Source: an uncultured Alphaproteobacteria bacterium
GTDB lineage: Bacteria; Pseudomonadota; Alphaproteobacteria; RF32; CAG-239
DNA: 64,000 nt
Reading direction: 5' to 3'
NCBI GenBank assembly: GCA_944391415.1
Contig: CALXTM010000008.1
Span: 2,092-66,091, forward strand
Numbering within the stretch: the first letter of the stretch is position 1; each line of letters starts with the position of its first letter. A model generated the notes under the pieces. The model was not told where the DNA came from and ran no database searches. It worked only from the letters and a program-made list of their open reading frames with translations. A program made the translations under genes and the position numbers. Below, one piece after another: positions 50,536 through 61,092 of the stretch.

Positions 50536-51672
50536 TTGGAAAAAATGCGGTTTGTATCCTATAAATATGTTGCTGTTTTCATTGCTTTGGGCCTGATGAG
50601 TGCGTTGCTTGGCAATACCTCCTCTGCCGAAAGCGCAAAAGAAAAAACTCTGACCTTAAAAGTGGCCGAACTAAAAAAACAAAATGTTGATATCACCAAT
50701 CGCTACACCGGATATATCACCCCGATTAAATCGGTTGCGCTGGTACCAAATGTCTCGGGCTATATTGACGAAGTATGGGCCGAGGGCGGACAAACGGTTG
50801 CAATAGGCGATAATTTGGTTTTGATTGACCAACGCCAATACAAGGCCGAGCTTGATGCCGCCAAGGCCTCTATTGCCCAAGCAAAGGCTGATTTTATCAA
50901 CGCCCAAACCTATTATAACCGCATGAAAAAAGCCGGTGAAAAAGCAATATCGGCCTCGTCTTTGGATCAGGCCAAAGCGCAGTTTTTGGCAAGCCAGGCC
51001 TCTCTTAACCAAGCAAAAGCCAATGCCCAAAAGGCTCAAACCATGTTTGATTATACCATATTGCAGGCGCCAATTTCAGGAATTATCGGCAATGTCAACC
51101 TTACAAAAGGAAACTATGTTGCCCCAGGAGGTGAGCCGTTGCTCAGCATCATCCAATTTGACCCCATAAGGGTTATGTTTGCCATATCCGACAAAGAATA
51201 TCTTACGGAAATTAAACAAAACCCTGACGGCAAGTTATTTAGCGGCGAAACAATCAACATAAAACTGGCCAGCGGCGACATCTATCCCCTGCAAGGCAAA
51301 TTTGCCTTTGCCGATAATCAGGTTGACAAAAGCACCGACTCTGTTTCCGTGTTTGCCGATTTTGAAAACCCCAACCGCCAACTTTTGGCCAATTCTTATG
51401 TCGACGTTATCATCGGCCGCAAACTAAACAATGTATATCTTATCCGCCAAAATTATGCCACGCTTAATACCGACGGCGCTTTTATCAACACCATCCAAAA
51501 CGGAAAAATAAAAAAGACACCGTTTAACATCATCGGCTATCTGGGTGATTTTTATGTTACCGACACCAAGTTTGCCAAAGATGAATATGTTATCATCGAC
51601 AAGCTAGGGCGTATTGCTCAGGGGACGACCGTCAAATTACAGGTAGTAAACCCAGCAACGGAGGATAAATAA
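50536..51672 (+). CDS. RND efflux periplasmic adaptor
   Basis: Lipoyl/hairpin architecture (VSGYID, LQAPISG), upstream of the RND permease. Confidence 0.92.
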   Translation: MEKMRFVSYKYVAVFIALGLMSALLGNTSSAESAKEKTLTLKVAELKKQNVDITNRYTGYITPIKSVALVPNVSGYIDEVWAEGGQTVAIGDNLVLIDQRQYKAELDAAKASIAQAKADFINAQTYYNRMKKAGEKAISASSLDQAKAQFLASQASLNQAKANAQKAQTMFDYTILQAPISGIIGNVNLTKGNYVAPGGEPLLSIIQFDPIRVMFAISDKEYLTEIKQNPDGKLFSGETINIKLASGDIYPLQGKFAFADNQVDKSTDSVSVFADFENPNRQLLANSYVDVIIGRKLNNVYLIRQNYATLNTDGAFINTIQNGKIKKTPFNIIGYLGDFYVTDTKFAKDEYVIIDKLGRIAQGTTVKLQVVNPATEDK

Positions 51673-54600
51673 TGTTTTCCGAGTATTTTATCGATCGTCC
51701 GAGATTTGCCGGTGTCGTCTCTATTATATTGGTGCTGCTTGGGCTGTTGGCAATCGTGGTGTTGCCGGTGTCGCAATATCCCAATATTACCCCGCCGCAA
51801 ATAGTGGTGAAAGCAACCTACCCCGGCGCCTCGGCTCAGGTGTTGGTTGACACGGTGGCCATTCCGATTGAAAACGCCATTAACGGAGTGGAAGACATGC
51901 TTTATATGTCGTCTACATCCGATGATAACGGAAGCTATAATCTTACCATTACTTTTAATATCGGAACCGACCCAGATATGGCAAGGGTCAAGGTGCAAAA
52001 CCGCTTGCAACAGGTTAACTCACAATTGCCGGAGGTGGTCAACAAACAAGGAATAGACATTACATCGCAAATGTCAAATATGTTGGCGATGTTGGTGTTG
52101 CGCTCGCCGGACAATACTTATGACAGTTTGTATTTGTCAAACTTCGCTTATAACAACGTGCAAAATCCTTTGCTTAGAATTAACGGTATGGGAAGCGCCG
52201 ATGTATACGGACCGCAGTACTCAATGCGAATTTGGCTTAATCCGGCCAAAATTACCGCTCTTGGTTTAAGCAGCAATGATGTGATTAATGCGGTTGCCGC
52301 CCAAAATACCCAAGCATCTATCGGAGCGGTCGGCGCGGCGCCAAGCCCCAAAGATAATCCGATTGTTGTTACTTTAACCGCCAAAGGATTGCTAAATACA
52401 GTCGGTGATTTTGAAAATATTGTGGTGGCAACATCGCCAAACGGCGGCATAATCCGCCTAAAAGACGTGGCCAGAATTGAAATCGGTGCCGACAGCTATA
52501 ATGTCGTATCGCATTTTAATAATGCACCGGCGGTGATTATCGCCTTGAGCCAAACACCTAACTCCAACTCGCTTGATATTATGGACGATGTCAAAAAAGA
52601 AATTGATGTCTTGAATCAGACTTTTCCTGCCGATATAAGACTTGAGGTGGCTTATGATTCAACCGATTTTGTAAGATCTTCGATTGCCAATATTATTGAA
52701 ACATTGCTGATTACATTTTCGCTGGTGGTATTGGTTACCTATATATTTTTGCAAAAAATACGCACCACAATCATCCCGCTTATCACCATTCCGGTGTCTT
52801 TGATTGCCACATTTGCGGTAATCTATGTATTGGGATTTGATATCAACATCTTGACCTTGTTTGCCATGATTTTGGCAATCGGATTGGTGGTTGATGATGC
52901 CATTATCGTGGTCGAGCGCGTGGAATATCTGATGGCAAACGAAAAGCTTGATGCCAAAGCCGCTTCAATTAAGGCAATGCAGCAAATCGGAAGCGCCATT
53001 GTGGCCACAACCTTTGTCTTGTTGTCAATTTTTATTCCAGTGGCCTTGATGGCCGGTATCACGGGCAAAATATATCAACAATTTGCCGTTACCATTGCAA
53101 CCTCGGTCGTATTTTCGGCCATTAATGCTTTGACTTTGAGCCCTTCATTATGTGCCATATTTTTGCAAGACAACCAACAAACAAAAACCAGCGGATTTTT
53201 CAAAAAATTTGATGAGATTGTTGAAGACGGAAGGCAAAAATACTTAAAATTCGTAACTTTCTTTTCCTCGCATATCAAAACAACGGCTTTGGTTATCGTG
53301 GCCACAATTGTCTTAATTGCCATCGGATTTAAGCTTACGCCCAATTCGTTTTTGCCCGAAGAAGACCAAGGCATTATTTTTGCCAATGTGCAACTTGCCA
53401 ATACCGCAACCATCAACCAAACCAACGATGTTTTGGCCCAAATGGCAGAAAATATTTTGCCGATGGACGGAGTTAAATATTTTATTGCGGTGGCAGGATA
53501 TTCAATCCTTGGCGGAGGTGGCGAAAATGTGGCGCTTGGCGTGGTGGGGCTTGAAAACTGGAACAAACGCAAGGCTAAAAATCTATCGATGGAAGCCTTG
53601 AGCCAAAAACTTATGGCCCTATATGCCGAAAACCCCGATGCGCAAATAGACTTTTTTGCACCGCCGTCAATTCCCGGTATCGGCAACGCCAATGGTTTGT
53701 CGTTTGAGTTGTTGGCCACAAGCGGAAACATAACCGGGTTGCAACTTTTTGAGCAAATGGAAAAATTTTTGTATGGGCTTAACAAATCCTCAGATTTGAG
53801 TTATGCTTTTAGCACTTATACGGCTGATACGCCACATATTTTCCTTGATATTGACCGCACCAAAATTGAAAACTACGGTATATCGGTGGCTTCGTTGTTT
53901 AGCGTGCTAAACAACAATTTGGGCTCAAGTTATATCAACAACATTACCTTGGACGGACAAGTTAACAAGGTGATTGCCCAAGCCGATTATCCATACCGCA
54001 AAAATGTTGAAAACGTGCTTGATCTTTATGTTAAATCCAATAACGGCGGAATCGTAAGAATGCGCAATTTTGCCACCACCAAGACCGAAATATCGCCCAA
54101 AACACTTTACCGCTATAACCTTTATACCGCGGCGGCAATTACGGCACAATCAGCAAGCGGAATAAGCAGCGGCACGGCAATTGACACGGTAAGAGACGTT
54201 GCCGCCCAAATTTTGCCAAAGGACTACAAAATTGCCTGGACTGGCTTGAGCTTGCAAGAGGTTGAAACTGAAGGTCTGGCCATAATATTGATTATTTTGG
54301 CTTTGATATTTTGCTACCTATTTTTGGTGGCGCTTTATGAAAGCTGGATGCTGGCGTTTGCCGTGATGTTTTCAACCGTGTTTGCCATTTTGGGAGCTTT
54401 AATCGGGCTTCATATCATGAGCGAACCTTTGAGTATTTACTCGCAGCTGGGGTTAATCATGCTTATCGGACTGGCGGCAAAAAATGCCATTCTGATTGTG
54501 GAATTTACCAAAGAATATCGTGACAATGGGGCCTCTATTTTGGAGGCGGCCGAAAAAGGCGCCGGCGAGAGATTCCGTGCAGTATTGATGACGGCGCTTA

Positions 54601-54797
54601 CCTTTATTTTGGGTGTGTTCCCGATGATTGGGGCAAAAGGTGCTGGAGCGGCAAGCCAAATTGCCATCGGGTCGTCGGTGTTTTTTGGCATGATTGCGGC
54701 AACGGCTGTGGGAATTGTCTTTATCCCGGCCTTGTTTGCTTTGTTTGAACACCTAAAAGAATGGCGCCCCTTAAAACAGGAGAAAAAAGATGAATAA
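51672..54797 (+). CDS. RND efflux permease (AcrB/HAE1 family)
   Basis: [49 protein letters not shown]. Confidence 0.96.
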   Translation: MFSEYFIDRPRFAGVVSIILVLLGLLAIVVLPVSQYPNITPPQIVVKATYPGASAQVLVDTVAIPIENAINGVEDMLYMSSTSDDNGSYNLTITFNIGTDPDMARVKVQNRLQQVNSQLPEVVNKQGIDITSQMSNMLAMLVLRSPDNTYDSLYLSNFAYNNVQNPLLRINGMGSADVYGPQYSMRIWLNPAKITALGLSSNDVINAVAAQNTQASIGAVGAAPSPKDNPIVVTLTAKGLLNTVGDFENIVVATSPNGGIIRLKDVARIEIGADSYNVVSHFNNAPAVIIALSQTPNSNSLDIMDDVKKEIDVLNQTFPADIRLEVAYDSTDFVRSSIANIIETLLITFSLVVLVTYIFLQKIRTTIIPLITIPVSLIATFAVIYVLGFDINILTLFAMILAIGLVVDDAIIVVERVEYLMANEKLDAKAASIKAMQQIGSAIVATTFVLLSIFIPVALMAGITGKIYQQFAVTIATSVVFSAINALTLSPSLCAIFLQDNQQTKTSGFFKKFDEIVEDGRQKYLKFVTFFSSHIKTTALVIVATIVLIAIGFKLTPNSFLPEEDQGIIFANVQLANTATINQTNDVLAQMAENILPMDGVKYFIAVAGYSILGGGGENVALGVVGLENWNKRKAKNLSMEALSQKLMALYAENPDAQIDFFAPPSIPGIGNANGLSFELLATSGNITGLQLFEQMEKFLYGLNKSSDLSYAFSTYTADTPHIFLDIDRTKIENYGISVASLFSVLNNNLGSSYINNITLDGQVNKVIAQADYPYRKNVENVLDLYVKSNNGGIVRMRNFATTKTEISPKTLYRYNLYTAAAITAQSASGISSGTAIDTVRDVAAQILPKDYKIAWTGLSLQEVETEGLAIILIILALIFCYLFLVALYESWMLAFAVMFSTVFAILGALIGLHIMSEPLSIYSQLGLIMLIGLAAKNAILIVEFTKEYRDNGASILEAAEKGAGERFRAVLMTALTFILGVFPMIGAKGAGAASQIAIGSSVFFGMIAATAVGIVFIPALFALFEHLKEWRPLKQEKKDE

Positions 54798-56178
54798 ATT
54801 TATCCTGTGTAACGGTTTGCTCTTATTATGTGCGGCGTGCAGTGTCGGGCCGGATTATGAGCGCCCTAAGATATTTGATGATGATAAAACGGCAGCCTAC
54901 CTCGGGCTAAGCAAAAATCATAATTGGCAACCAGATAAAGATTGGTATAAAAATTTTAACGATGCCGACTTAAATAACTTGGTGGCAACGGCGCTAAAAA
55001 ACAGCCCCAATATCAAAACCGCAATCGAAAATATGCGCCAGGCAAGATATCAACTTTATATCGACCGAGCCGGTTTTTTGCCGACATTTGACGCCCAAGG
55101 AGCATACAACAAAAGCAATGAAACGCTGGCCGGGTTATTCCCGATTAAAAGCGAATATTATCAGCTTGGTGCCGATGCATCATGGGAGCTTGATATTTGG
55201 GGCGGACAAAGGCGCTTGAGCGAAAGTGCGGCAGCTTTGCTTAAAGCGGCAGCAGCTGATTTTGATAATGTCAAAATCTCTTTGACCTCAGAAATTGCCG
55301 CCAACTATATTAACTGGCGACTGGCCGAGAAAATGCTGGCTTTAACCGAAAAAAATCTTACAATGCAACAAGAAATTTTTGATATTGTCAAAGCGCAATA
55401 TGACGCAGGATTGGCAGATGATTTGGCTTATAAACAAGCGCAGTCAATCCTTGATACCACCAAAATGCAATTGCCTACAATACGCGCCCAAGAAAAGGCT
55501 TATCAAAACGCATTGGCAGTTTTGGTCGGAAAGATGCCCTATGACATCAGCAAAAGCAAATCAGACATCCCAAACAGCAAGCCAGTTTTTGAGATTGCTA
55601 ACCTTACCAATATGCCGATTGAGGTTATTCGCAACCGCCCCGACGTAAGAGCCGCCGAGGAGCAACTGGTGGCACAAAATGCGCTTATCGGCAAGGCTGT
55701 GGCTAATTTGTTTCCGTCGGTCTCTTTGAGTGCGTTTTTGGGATATCAAAACAAAACTTTATCACCGATATTTGGCCCGGATTATAATATGTATACATTA
55801 TCCGGTGCAGTTAATTTGCCTTTGTTGCACTGGGGAGAGTTGATAAATCAGGTAAATTTGCAAAAATCTGCCACCAAACAAGCGCTGGCAACTTATCAGG
55901 CGGCAATTTTGACCGCCGTTGCCGATATCAGCAATGCACAGAAGACTCTGGAAGAAGAAGAAAAACGCAACACCCTGGCTCAAGACAGTATGGCGTCCAT
56001 GCAAGAAATTTTGGACTTGAGTCTTGCCAAATATCAGAACGGACTGATTGATTTTTCCGATGTTTTAACGGCCGAACAAAATAAACTTGCGGCCGAACAA
56101 GAATATTTAAGCAGCAATGCTGCCTTGTACCTTGATATTATCAATTTTTATAAAGCTATAGGTAGTAAAATAAACTGA
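54790..56178 (+). CDS. Outer-membrane efflux lipoprotein (OprM/NodT family)
   Basis: [32 protein letters not shown]. Confidence 0.94.
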   Translation: MNKFILCNGLLLLCAACSVGPDYERPKIFDDDKTAAYLGLSKNHNWQPDKDWYKNFNDADLNNLVATALKNSPNIKTAIENMRQARYQLYIDRAGFLPTFDAQGAYNKSNETLAGLFPIKSEYYQLGADASWELDIWGGQRRLSESAAALLKAAAADFDNVKISLTSEIAANYINWRLAEKMLALTEKNLTMQQEIFDIVKAQYDAGLADDLAYKQAQSILDTTKMQLPTIRAQEKAYQNALAVLVGKMPYDISKSKSDIPNSKPVFEIANLTNMPIEVIRNRPDVRAAEEQLVAQNALIGKAVANLFPSVSLSAFLGYQNKTLSPIFGPDYNMYTLSGAVNLPLLHWGELINQVNLQKSATKQALATYQAAILTAVADISNAQKTLEEEEKRNTLAQDSMASMQEILDLSLAKYQNGLIDFSDVLTAEQNKLAAEQEYLSSNAALYLDIINFYKAIGSKIN

Positions 56179-56210
56179 GATATCAGGAAACAATTAATCA
56201 AAAAATTTCC

Positions 56211-56633
56211 TTAATGTCCAGAGCGATAGAGATTGATATTGGTAATCTCCGGAATATCATGAGTACGGGGCCTATATCCTTTGTTTTTCATGCAGCGATT
56301 ATACTCCCAAGGGCTGATGTCTTCATCATCATAGCGTGAATTGACAATCAACGGCTGAGCCCCCGGATAAGGAACATAGGTTGCCCAAATGCCACGGTCA
56401 GAATTCCAATCGGCTCTGGTGTTAAGCTTGGTTTCTTCGGTATAAAACCAAGAGCGATAATCGGGAAAAAATTGTATGGCTTTGGCCTCAAGCAGACACT
56501 CTCCGTGATCACTGGCAAATTTTTGAACACCGGTATTGTCGCGCTCCCAATGATACACAACCTGCCCGTATCCTCCAACAAAATAGGAGCAGGAACATAA
56601 TGCCAAACAAAACAGAACAATACTATTTCTCAT
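56211..56633 (-). CDS. Hypothetical lipoprotein
   Basis: Lipobox-like LCSC; D..EC and RCM..KGY motifs. Confidence 0.75.
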   Translation of the reverse strand: MRNSIVLFCLALCSCSYFVGGYGQVVYHWERDNTGVQKFASDHGECLLEAKAIQFFPDYRSWFYTEETKLNTRADWNSDRGIWATYVPYPGAQPLIVNSRYDDEDISPWEYNRCMKNKGYRPRTHDIPEITNINLYRSGH

Positions 56634-56634
56634 G

Positions 56635-57300
56635 TTAAAAATCCAAATTAGTATAATTGCGTGCCGGTAAAATACCGCGAATGGTATCTTTTAGCAAATC
56701 CTTAAATGCCGGGCGAGATTTAATTTTTGAATACCATAATTTGCTGGATGAAAATTCATCCCACGGAACATCGCCCAAATAATCAATGATTGAAAAATGG
56801 GCCGCCGCTGTCAAATCAGCCAATGTTAAATCGTCACCGGCCAGATACTGTCTTTTGTCCAAAAGCCACTCAATATATTCAAGGTGATAGCCGATATTGT
56901 TCAAGCCAATCTTTAAGATTTTAGAATCGGGAGCAAGCCCTTTGGCAAAACGCTTATGAACTTTTTCGACCACAATATTGCGGTATACTTCCCGATAAAA
57001 TTTGTTGTCAAACCAGTCAATCATCCGACGAATCTCGGCTTTTTGTTTGGGTGAGCCAAAAATAAGCGGTATTTCCTGTGAAACCTCTTCCAAATATTCC
57101 GAGATGGCATAATGCCCGACAATAACATTGCCGTCATTTAAGAAGACAGGTAATTCACCGGCCGGATTTAGTTTGTATAAATCGGCCGAAAGATTCCACG
57201 GCTCTTCTTCTTTGAGGATGAAGAGCATCTTTTTTTCACTCATTTGCAGGCGAATCTTGCGGGCAAACGGCGATGTCGTATGATGAACCAATAAAACCAT
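56635..57300 (-). CDS. fzlA: FtsZ-binding GST-family protein FzlA
   Basis: SPFARKIRL, LNPAGELPV, WFDNKF, DYLGDVPW, WY..IKSRPAF, YTNLDF; start trimmed. Confidence 0.88.
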   Translation of the reverse strand: MVLLVHHTTSPFARKIRLQMSEKKMLFILKEEEPWNLSADLYKLNPAGELPVFLNDGNVIVGHYAISEYLEEVSQEIPLIFGSPKQKAEIRRMIDWFDNKFYREVYRNIVVEKVHKRFAKGLAPDSKILKIGLNNIGYHLEYIEWLLDKRQYLAGDDLTLADLTAAAHFSIIDYLGDVPWDEFSSSKLWYSKIKSRPAFKDLLKDTIRGILPARNYTNLDF

Positions 57301-57325
57301 AGCGCTAAAGAATATATATGCTCTT

Positions 57326-58225
57326 TTATTTGTCGTCAAGCTTGTTATCGAGATTTTCATCTGCCTGTTTTTCCAGACCGAAAGTCGGTGGAACAACACC
57401 ATAATACTTGGTTTCGAAATCTTTTATCATGGTTTGCAAATTGCGTTTTATTGTCTCTAGATTGTTTTTATCTTGCAGATACCTTGTCAGATAGCGCGAT
57501 ATCAACTCACGATGGCGCGAGGTTTTGGAAACGCCGACAAACATCGGAATATTCCACAAACTTTGCTTAGAAGCGGCAATTTGTTGCTGAATACCTAATT
57601 TTATGGCCTCAAACATGCCATAATAATAGCTGGTAATTACATAATCTGCCTCGCGGGTAAACAATTTTTCAAACATTTTATAGGAAGAATCAACCACGAT
57701 GGGGTTGAGTTCGGCCACTTTCTTTTCCACAAAGTCGCTGAAAAATTCATTGCTGTTGCGAACACCTTTGAGCTTTTGCAAATCGGCGGTTGATTTTACC
57801 TCGTTAATACGATTGGGCAACATAAATACCGTGATGGGGTTGTAAATTACGGCCGGATACAATAAGTCGAGCCCCTTAAAAAGCTCGGTCTGATAATAGG
57901 CCCCGACCAAAAAATCAATATCGCCCTGGCGGACTTTTTGTGTAAGATCATCAAAAGTGCGTTGTTGCAAATTATAATGCATTTTTAAGTTGGCATCTTT
58001 GATAAATTGGTCAATCATCGGTTGAAAAACCGTGTGAAAACTGCCATAAACAACCTCGTCCGGATAATCCACAAAACCAAAAGGCGCATAATCGATATAA
58101 CCTGTCATCTCAAGCTCGGTAATCTTTTGGGGGCGTTTTTCTTCATAACGGACAAAAGCAAAACTTTGCCAAGACACTATAACACCAAACAGTATAATAA
58201 AAACTGTGAGCAGTATTTTTTTCAT
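57326..58225 (-). CDS. Periplasmic substrate-binding protein (family 3-like)
   Basis: Signal peptide, DYAPFG, GDIDF, DLQKLKG, READY. Confidence 0.8.
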   Translation of the reverse strand: MKKILLTVFIILFGVIVSWQSFAFVRYEEKRPQKITELEMTGYIDYAPFGFVDYPDEVVYGSFHTVFQPMIDQFIKDANLKMHYNLQQRTFDDLTQKVRQGDIDFLVGAYYQTELFKGLDLLYPAVIYNPITVFMLPNRINEVKSTADLQKLKGVRNSNEFFSDFVEKKVAELNPIVVDSSYKMFEKLFTREADYVITSYYYGMFEAIKLGIQQQIAASKQSLWNIPMFVGVSKTSRHRELISRYLTRYLQDKNNLETIKRNLQTMIKDFETKYYGVVPPTFGLEKQADENLDNKLDDK

Positions 58226-58324
58226 GGTTGCTTTTATCTCCGCCGTTTATTATATTGGAATACAAATTTAGGGATATTATATCCAGATAGAGTTAAAAAA
58301 TCTTTTATTTTAAGGAATTTAAAT

Positions 58325-58690
58325 ATGTCTACTCTTCAGGGCTATAACCAAACTGAAGTTGCCGGCATGAACGAGGCAGAACTTGAAACCAGAGCTTTGA
58401 TCAAAGCTGCATCAGCCCTTAATAAAGCAAAAGAAAACTGGGGACAATCCAAAGATGAACTGTTGCAGGCTTTGGACAGAAACCGCCGGTTGTGGAGTAT
58501 TTTGGCTGCAGCCATGAAAGAAGATGACTGCCCGCAGCCCAAAGAAATAAAACAAAATATTCTTAACTTGGCATCTTTTATCTTTAAACGTACAATGGAC
58601 GTTATTGCCCACCCCGAGCCGCAAAAACTTGATATCCTTATCAATATAAACATGAATATCGCCCGCGGACTTTCAGGCAAAGCCGAATAA
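58325..58690 (+). CDS. flaF: Flagellar biosynthesis regulator FlaF
   Basis: ELETRAL, ALDRNRRLW, P.EIKQNILNL..FI, LININMNIARGL; start trimmed to MSTLQGY after SD AAGGA. Confidence 0.92.
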   Translation: MSTLQGYNQTEVAGMNEAELETRALIKAASALNKAKENWGQSKDELLQALDRNRRLWSILAAAMKEDDCPQPKEIKQNILNLASFIFKRTMDVIAHPEPQKLDILININMNIARGLSGKAE

Positions 58691-58766
58691 TGTTAAAAAA
58701 AATTATTTTTATAAAAAAAGTTATTGACTATAACAAATAAATATATTATCAATGCTTTCAGCTTTT

Positions 58767-58852
58767 GGGGGTATGGCGGAATTGGTAGACGCGCTAGACT
58801 CAAAATCTTGTGGCCTCAGGCCGTGTCAGTTCGAGTCTGACTACCCCTACCA
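58767..58852 (+). tRNA. tRNA-Leu (anticodon CAA)
   Basis: GGGGGTA/TACCCCT stem, CT-CAA-AA loop, long variable arm, TTCGAGT, CCA. Confidence 0.96.
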
Positions 58853-59041
58853 AAAAAAAGAAAAGTCCGGATTTTGTAGCCGGGCTTTTTTTGTTTTGGC
58901 ACAAAGGTGTAGCTGCCGGATAATTAATTGTTGAAAATCAATGCTGTGGTCCAGCCATTGGATAAGTTATTAAAAAAAGGTTTATTTTTTGGAAAATTCT
59001 GTTATAAACAAAATACGTTTTTAATAACCGGGCCGTGATTA

Positions 59042-60271
59042 ATGAAATATAAGGCAAAGTTGAAGTTTAAACAAAAATATTCGCCGCATTATACGGAAAA
59101 AAAGCCGTTCTTTTCTGAAAAAGAAATAATTTTCAGAAGTGCCGGAAAGGCCATGGTTTTTAAAATTTCATCTAAAATGCAGCTAATCTTGCTTACGATG
59201 TTTTGTTTGATTGCCTCGTGGAGCTTTTATGCTTATTATATGTATAATAAATCGGGGCGGATTATCCTTAACAAGGACCAGGAGCTGGTTGAAACACGCG
59301 ATGCATATGTCGATTTGATGGGTGATTTTGTCGCAATTCAAAAAAATATTGACGAGGTTTTGACCTCTATGAGCAATGATAAAAGCAAAGAAATTGACAA
59401 ATACAAACGCCAGGCTATGGTGGTGGAGGACAAAATCAAACAAATAACGGCTGAAAAATCGTGGGCAGACGACAAGGCCATTACCGACAAAGCCAACATA
59501 AACGAGGTTATTTTGCAGCGTGATTTGGCCGCCGCCGAACGTGATGCCTTGCGTGAACAATTAAAAGAGCTGGAAAAAGCGGTACAAAATATCAAACAAG
59601 CCGAATTGGACGTGTTCGCCAAAGTGGAATCCATCGCCTCGAAAGAAATCGGCAAAATTAAAAGTGCTTTTACCAAAGTAAACGGTGCTTTGCGGCAACA
59701 AGGTTTGTATTTTAACCCTTTGGCAAACTCTAAAAAACGCGAAGCCAAGGGGGGCACATTTGTTCCTGATTCGGCACTTGAACTCCAAGATGAAGTGATT
59801 ATTGATAAAATAAGCAGTATTTATAAGGCTGTCGATGATTTGGAATATTACCGCGAAGTGGCAAAATACGTCCCTATCGGAAAACCGGTTTGGAGCTATT
59901 GGGTAAGCTCAAAATTTGGCACAAGGGAAGATCCTTTTAACAAAAAAGCCGCAAGACATAAGGGAATTGACCTAGCCTCAAGGCAAGGCAACAAAATCAA
60001 AACCATGGCCAAAGGCAAAGTTATCAGAGTCAACTATTCCAACAAAGGATATGGTAATTTGGTTGAGATAGATCATGGTAACGGGTTTAAGACTAAATAT
60101 GCACATATGAGTAAAATTTATGTAAAAGAAGGCGATGTCCTTGATATTAATGATGCTGTCGGCGAGGTCGGATCTACCGGTCGTTCTACCGGTCCGCATC
60201 TGCACTATGAAGTATTGTATCAAGGCAGGCCGGTTAATCCGATGCCTTTTATGCAGGCTAAGATATCGTAA
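59042..60271 (+). CDS. Membrane-anchored coiled-coil M23 endopeptidase (LmdC-like)
   Basis: TM helix, coiled coil, HKGID, YAHM, TGPHLHYE. Confidence 0.92.
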   Translation: MKYKAKLKFKQKYSPHYTEKKPFFSEKEIIFRSAGKAMVFKISSKMQLILLTMFCLIASWSFYAYYMYNKSGRIILNKDQELVETRDAYVDLMGDFVAIQKNIDEVLTSMSNDKSKEIDKYKRQAMVVEDKIKQITAEKSWADDKAITDKANINEVILQRDLAAAERDALREQLKELEKAVQNIKQAELDVFAKVESIASKEIGKIKSAFTKVNGALRQQGLYFNPLANSKKREAKGGTFVPDSALELQDEVIIDKISSIYKAVDDLEYYREVAKYVPIGKPVWSYWVSSKFGTREDPFNKKAARHKGIDLASRQGNKIKTMAKGKVIRVNYSNKGYGNLVEIDHGNGFKTKYAHMSKIYVKEGDVLDINDAVGEVGSTGRSTGPHLHYEVLYQGRPVNPMPFMQAKIS

Positions 60272-60292
60272 TTTTTGACAAGGGGAAATAGC

Positions 60293-60742
60293 ATGAAAAG
60301 ACTTAAAAGACTTATTTATTTGAAACTGGCACGTCGCCTAAGCAAAAGTACTACCGGAGCTCCGGTTCCCAGTATTGTCAGCGAAAACACCAAAGTAAAA
60401 GGCGATATAGTAAGCGACGGAATTATCCATGTCGATGGCCAGGTCGAGGGGGATATTGCTTGCGATGAACTTGTTATCGGTGTTAAAGGAAGTGTGGCCG
60501 GCGCCGTCACCGCAAATAATTTGCAATTATATGGAACCCTAAAAGGCAAAGCCTTGGTCGATAATTTGTTTGTAGCCAAATCGGCCAAATTGTTGGGTGA
60601 TGCCGTTCACAACACTATTGCCATTGAGCCGGGGGCTTATATTGACGGGCATTGTATCCGCCAGGGCGGCCCTATTCCGGCAGAAGCGGCAAAACCTGAT
60701 TTGATGTTGGTTGACAAAACCAAAAAAACTAAATCTGCTTAA
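60293..60742 (+). CDS. Bactofilin
   Basis: PSIVSENTKVKGDI..DG.IHVDGQVEGDI, IAIEPGAYIDG; adjacent to the M23 gene. Confidence 0.92.
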   Translation: MKRLKRLIYLKLARRLSKSTTGAPVPSIVSENTKVKGDIVSDGIIHVDGQVEGDIACDELVIGVKGSVAGAVTANNLQLYGTLKGKALVDNLFVAKSAKLLGDAVHNTIAIEPGAYIDGHCIRQGGPIPAEAAKPDLMLVDKTKKTKSA

Positions 60743-60755
60743 AAAAATAATCTTT

Positions 60756-60784
60756 AGCTCCTTTGTAAAAAAGGAGCTTTTTTT
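60756..60784. terminator. Terminator between bactofilin and the flagellin fragment
   Basis: AGCTCCTTT-GTAAA-AAAGGAGCT-TTTTTT. Confidence 0.8.
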
Positions 60785-60884
60785 AATTAAACAGGCTCAA
60801 GACGCTTTGCGCCGATTGGGCGGCCAAAGACAAAGAGTTGAGCGCCAGTTGTTGGCGGGTTTGCAGCGACAGATATTGGGCCGA
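60783..60884 (-). pseudogene. Flagellin C-terminal fragment
   Basis: Manual translation SAQYLSLQTRQQLALNSLSLAAQSAQSVLSLFN*; in-frame TAG two codons upstream (60888-60890); no start codon or N-terminal part. Confidence 0.85.
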
Positions 60885-60937
60885 GGGCTATGTCTCAATC
60901 CTTGAAACAACATCCTGTTGTATCCCTTTAAGTACCT

Positions 60938-60975
60938 AAAAAAGAACTCGTGCGGTCAATTACTCCGCACGAGTT
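60938..60975 (-). terminator. Terminator-like hairpin upstream of the flagellin fragment
   Basis: Minus strand AACTCGTGCGG-AGTAATTGA-CCGCACGAGTT-CTTTTTT. Confidence 0.65.
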
Positions 60976-61037
60976 TAGAATACCATCTAGATCGTAAACA
61001 ACAGGTTAATTCTTGGCATCATCAACAAACAAAATTT

Positions 61038-61053
61038 TGGCACAATATTTGCA
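61038..61053 (+). promoter_or_regulatory. Sigma54 promoter of flgE
   Basis: TGGCAC-AATAT-TTGCA, exact -24/-12 spacing. Confidence 0.85.
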
Positions 61054-61092
61054 TATATATTGGTGGATTAATGTAGATAAAGGGGATGAAAA

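Noticed and set aside
58007-58324. N-terminal extension of the 227-aa ORF
   Set aside because: It overlaps the opposite-strand SBP gene; FlaF similarity and an SD begin at 58325
60791-60918. 6S-RNA-like rod with central bubble on the plus strand
   Set aside because: The pairings are short, the sequence is better explained as flagellin coding sequence on the minus strand, and the usual zapA/ygfA context is missing
60884-61005. Retron ncRNA, group I intron or IS1595-type end next to the flagellin fragment
   Set aside because: No reverse transcriptase, no recognisable intron core, no 5' exon and no partner terminal inverted repeat
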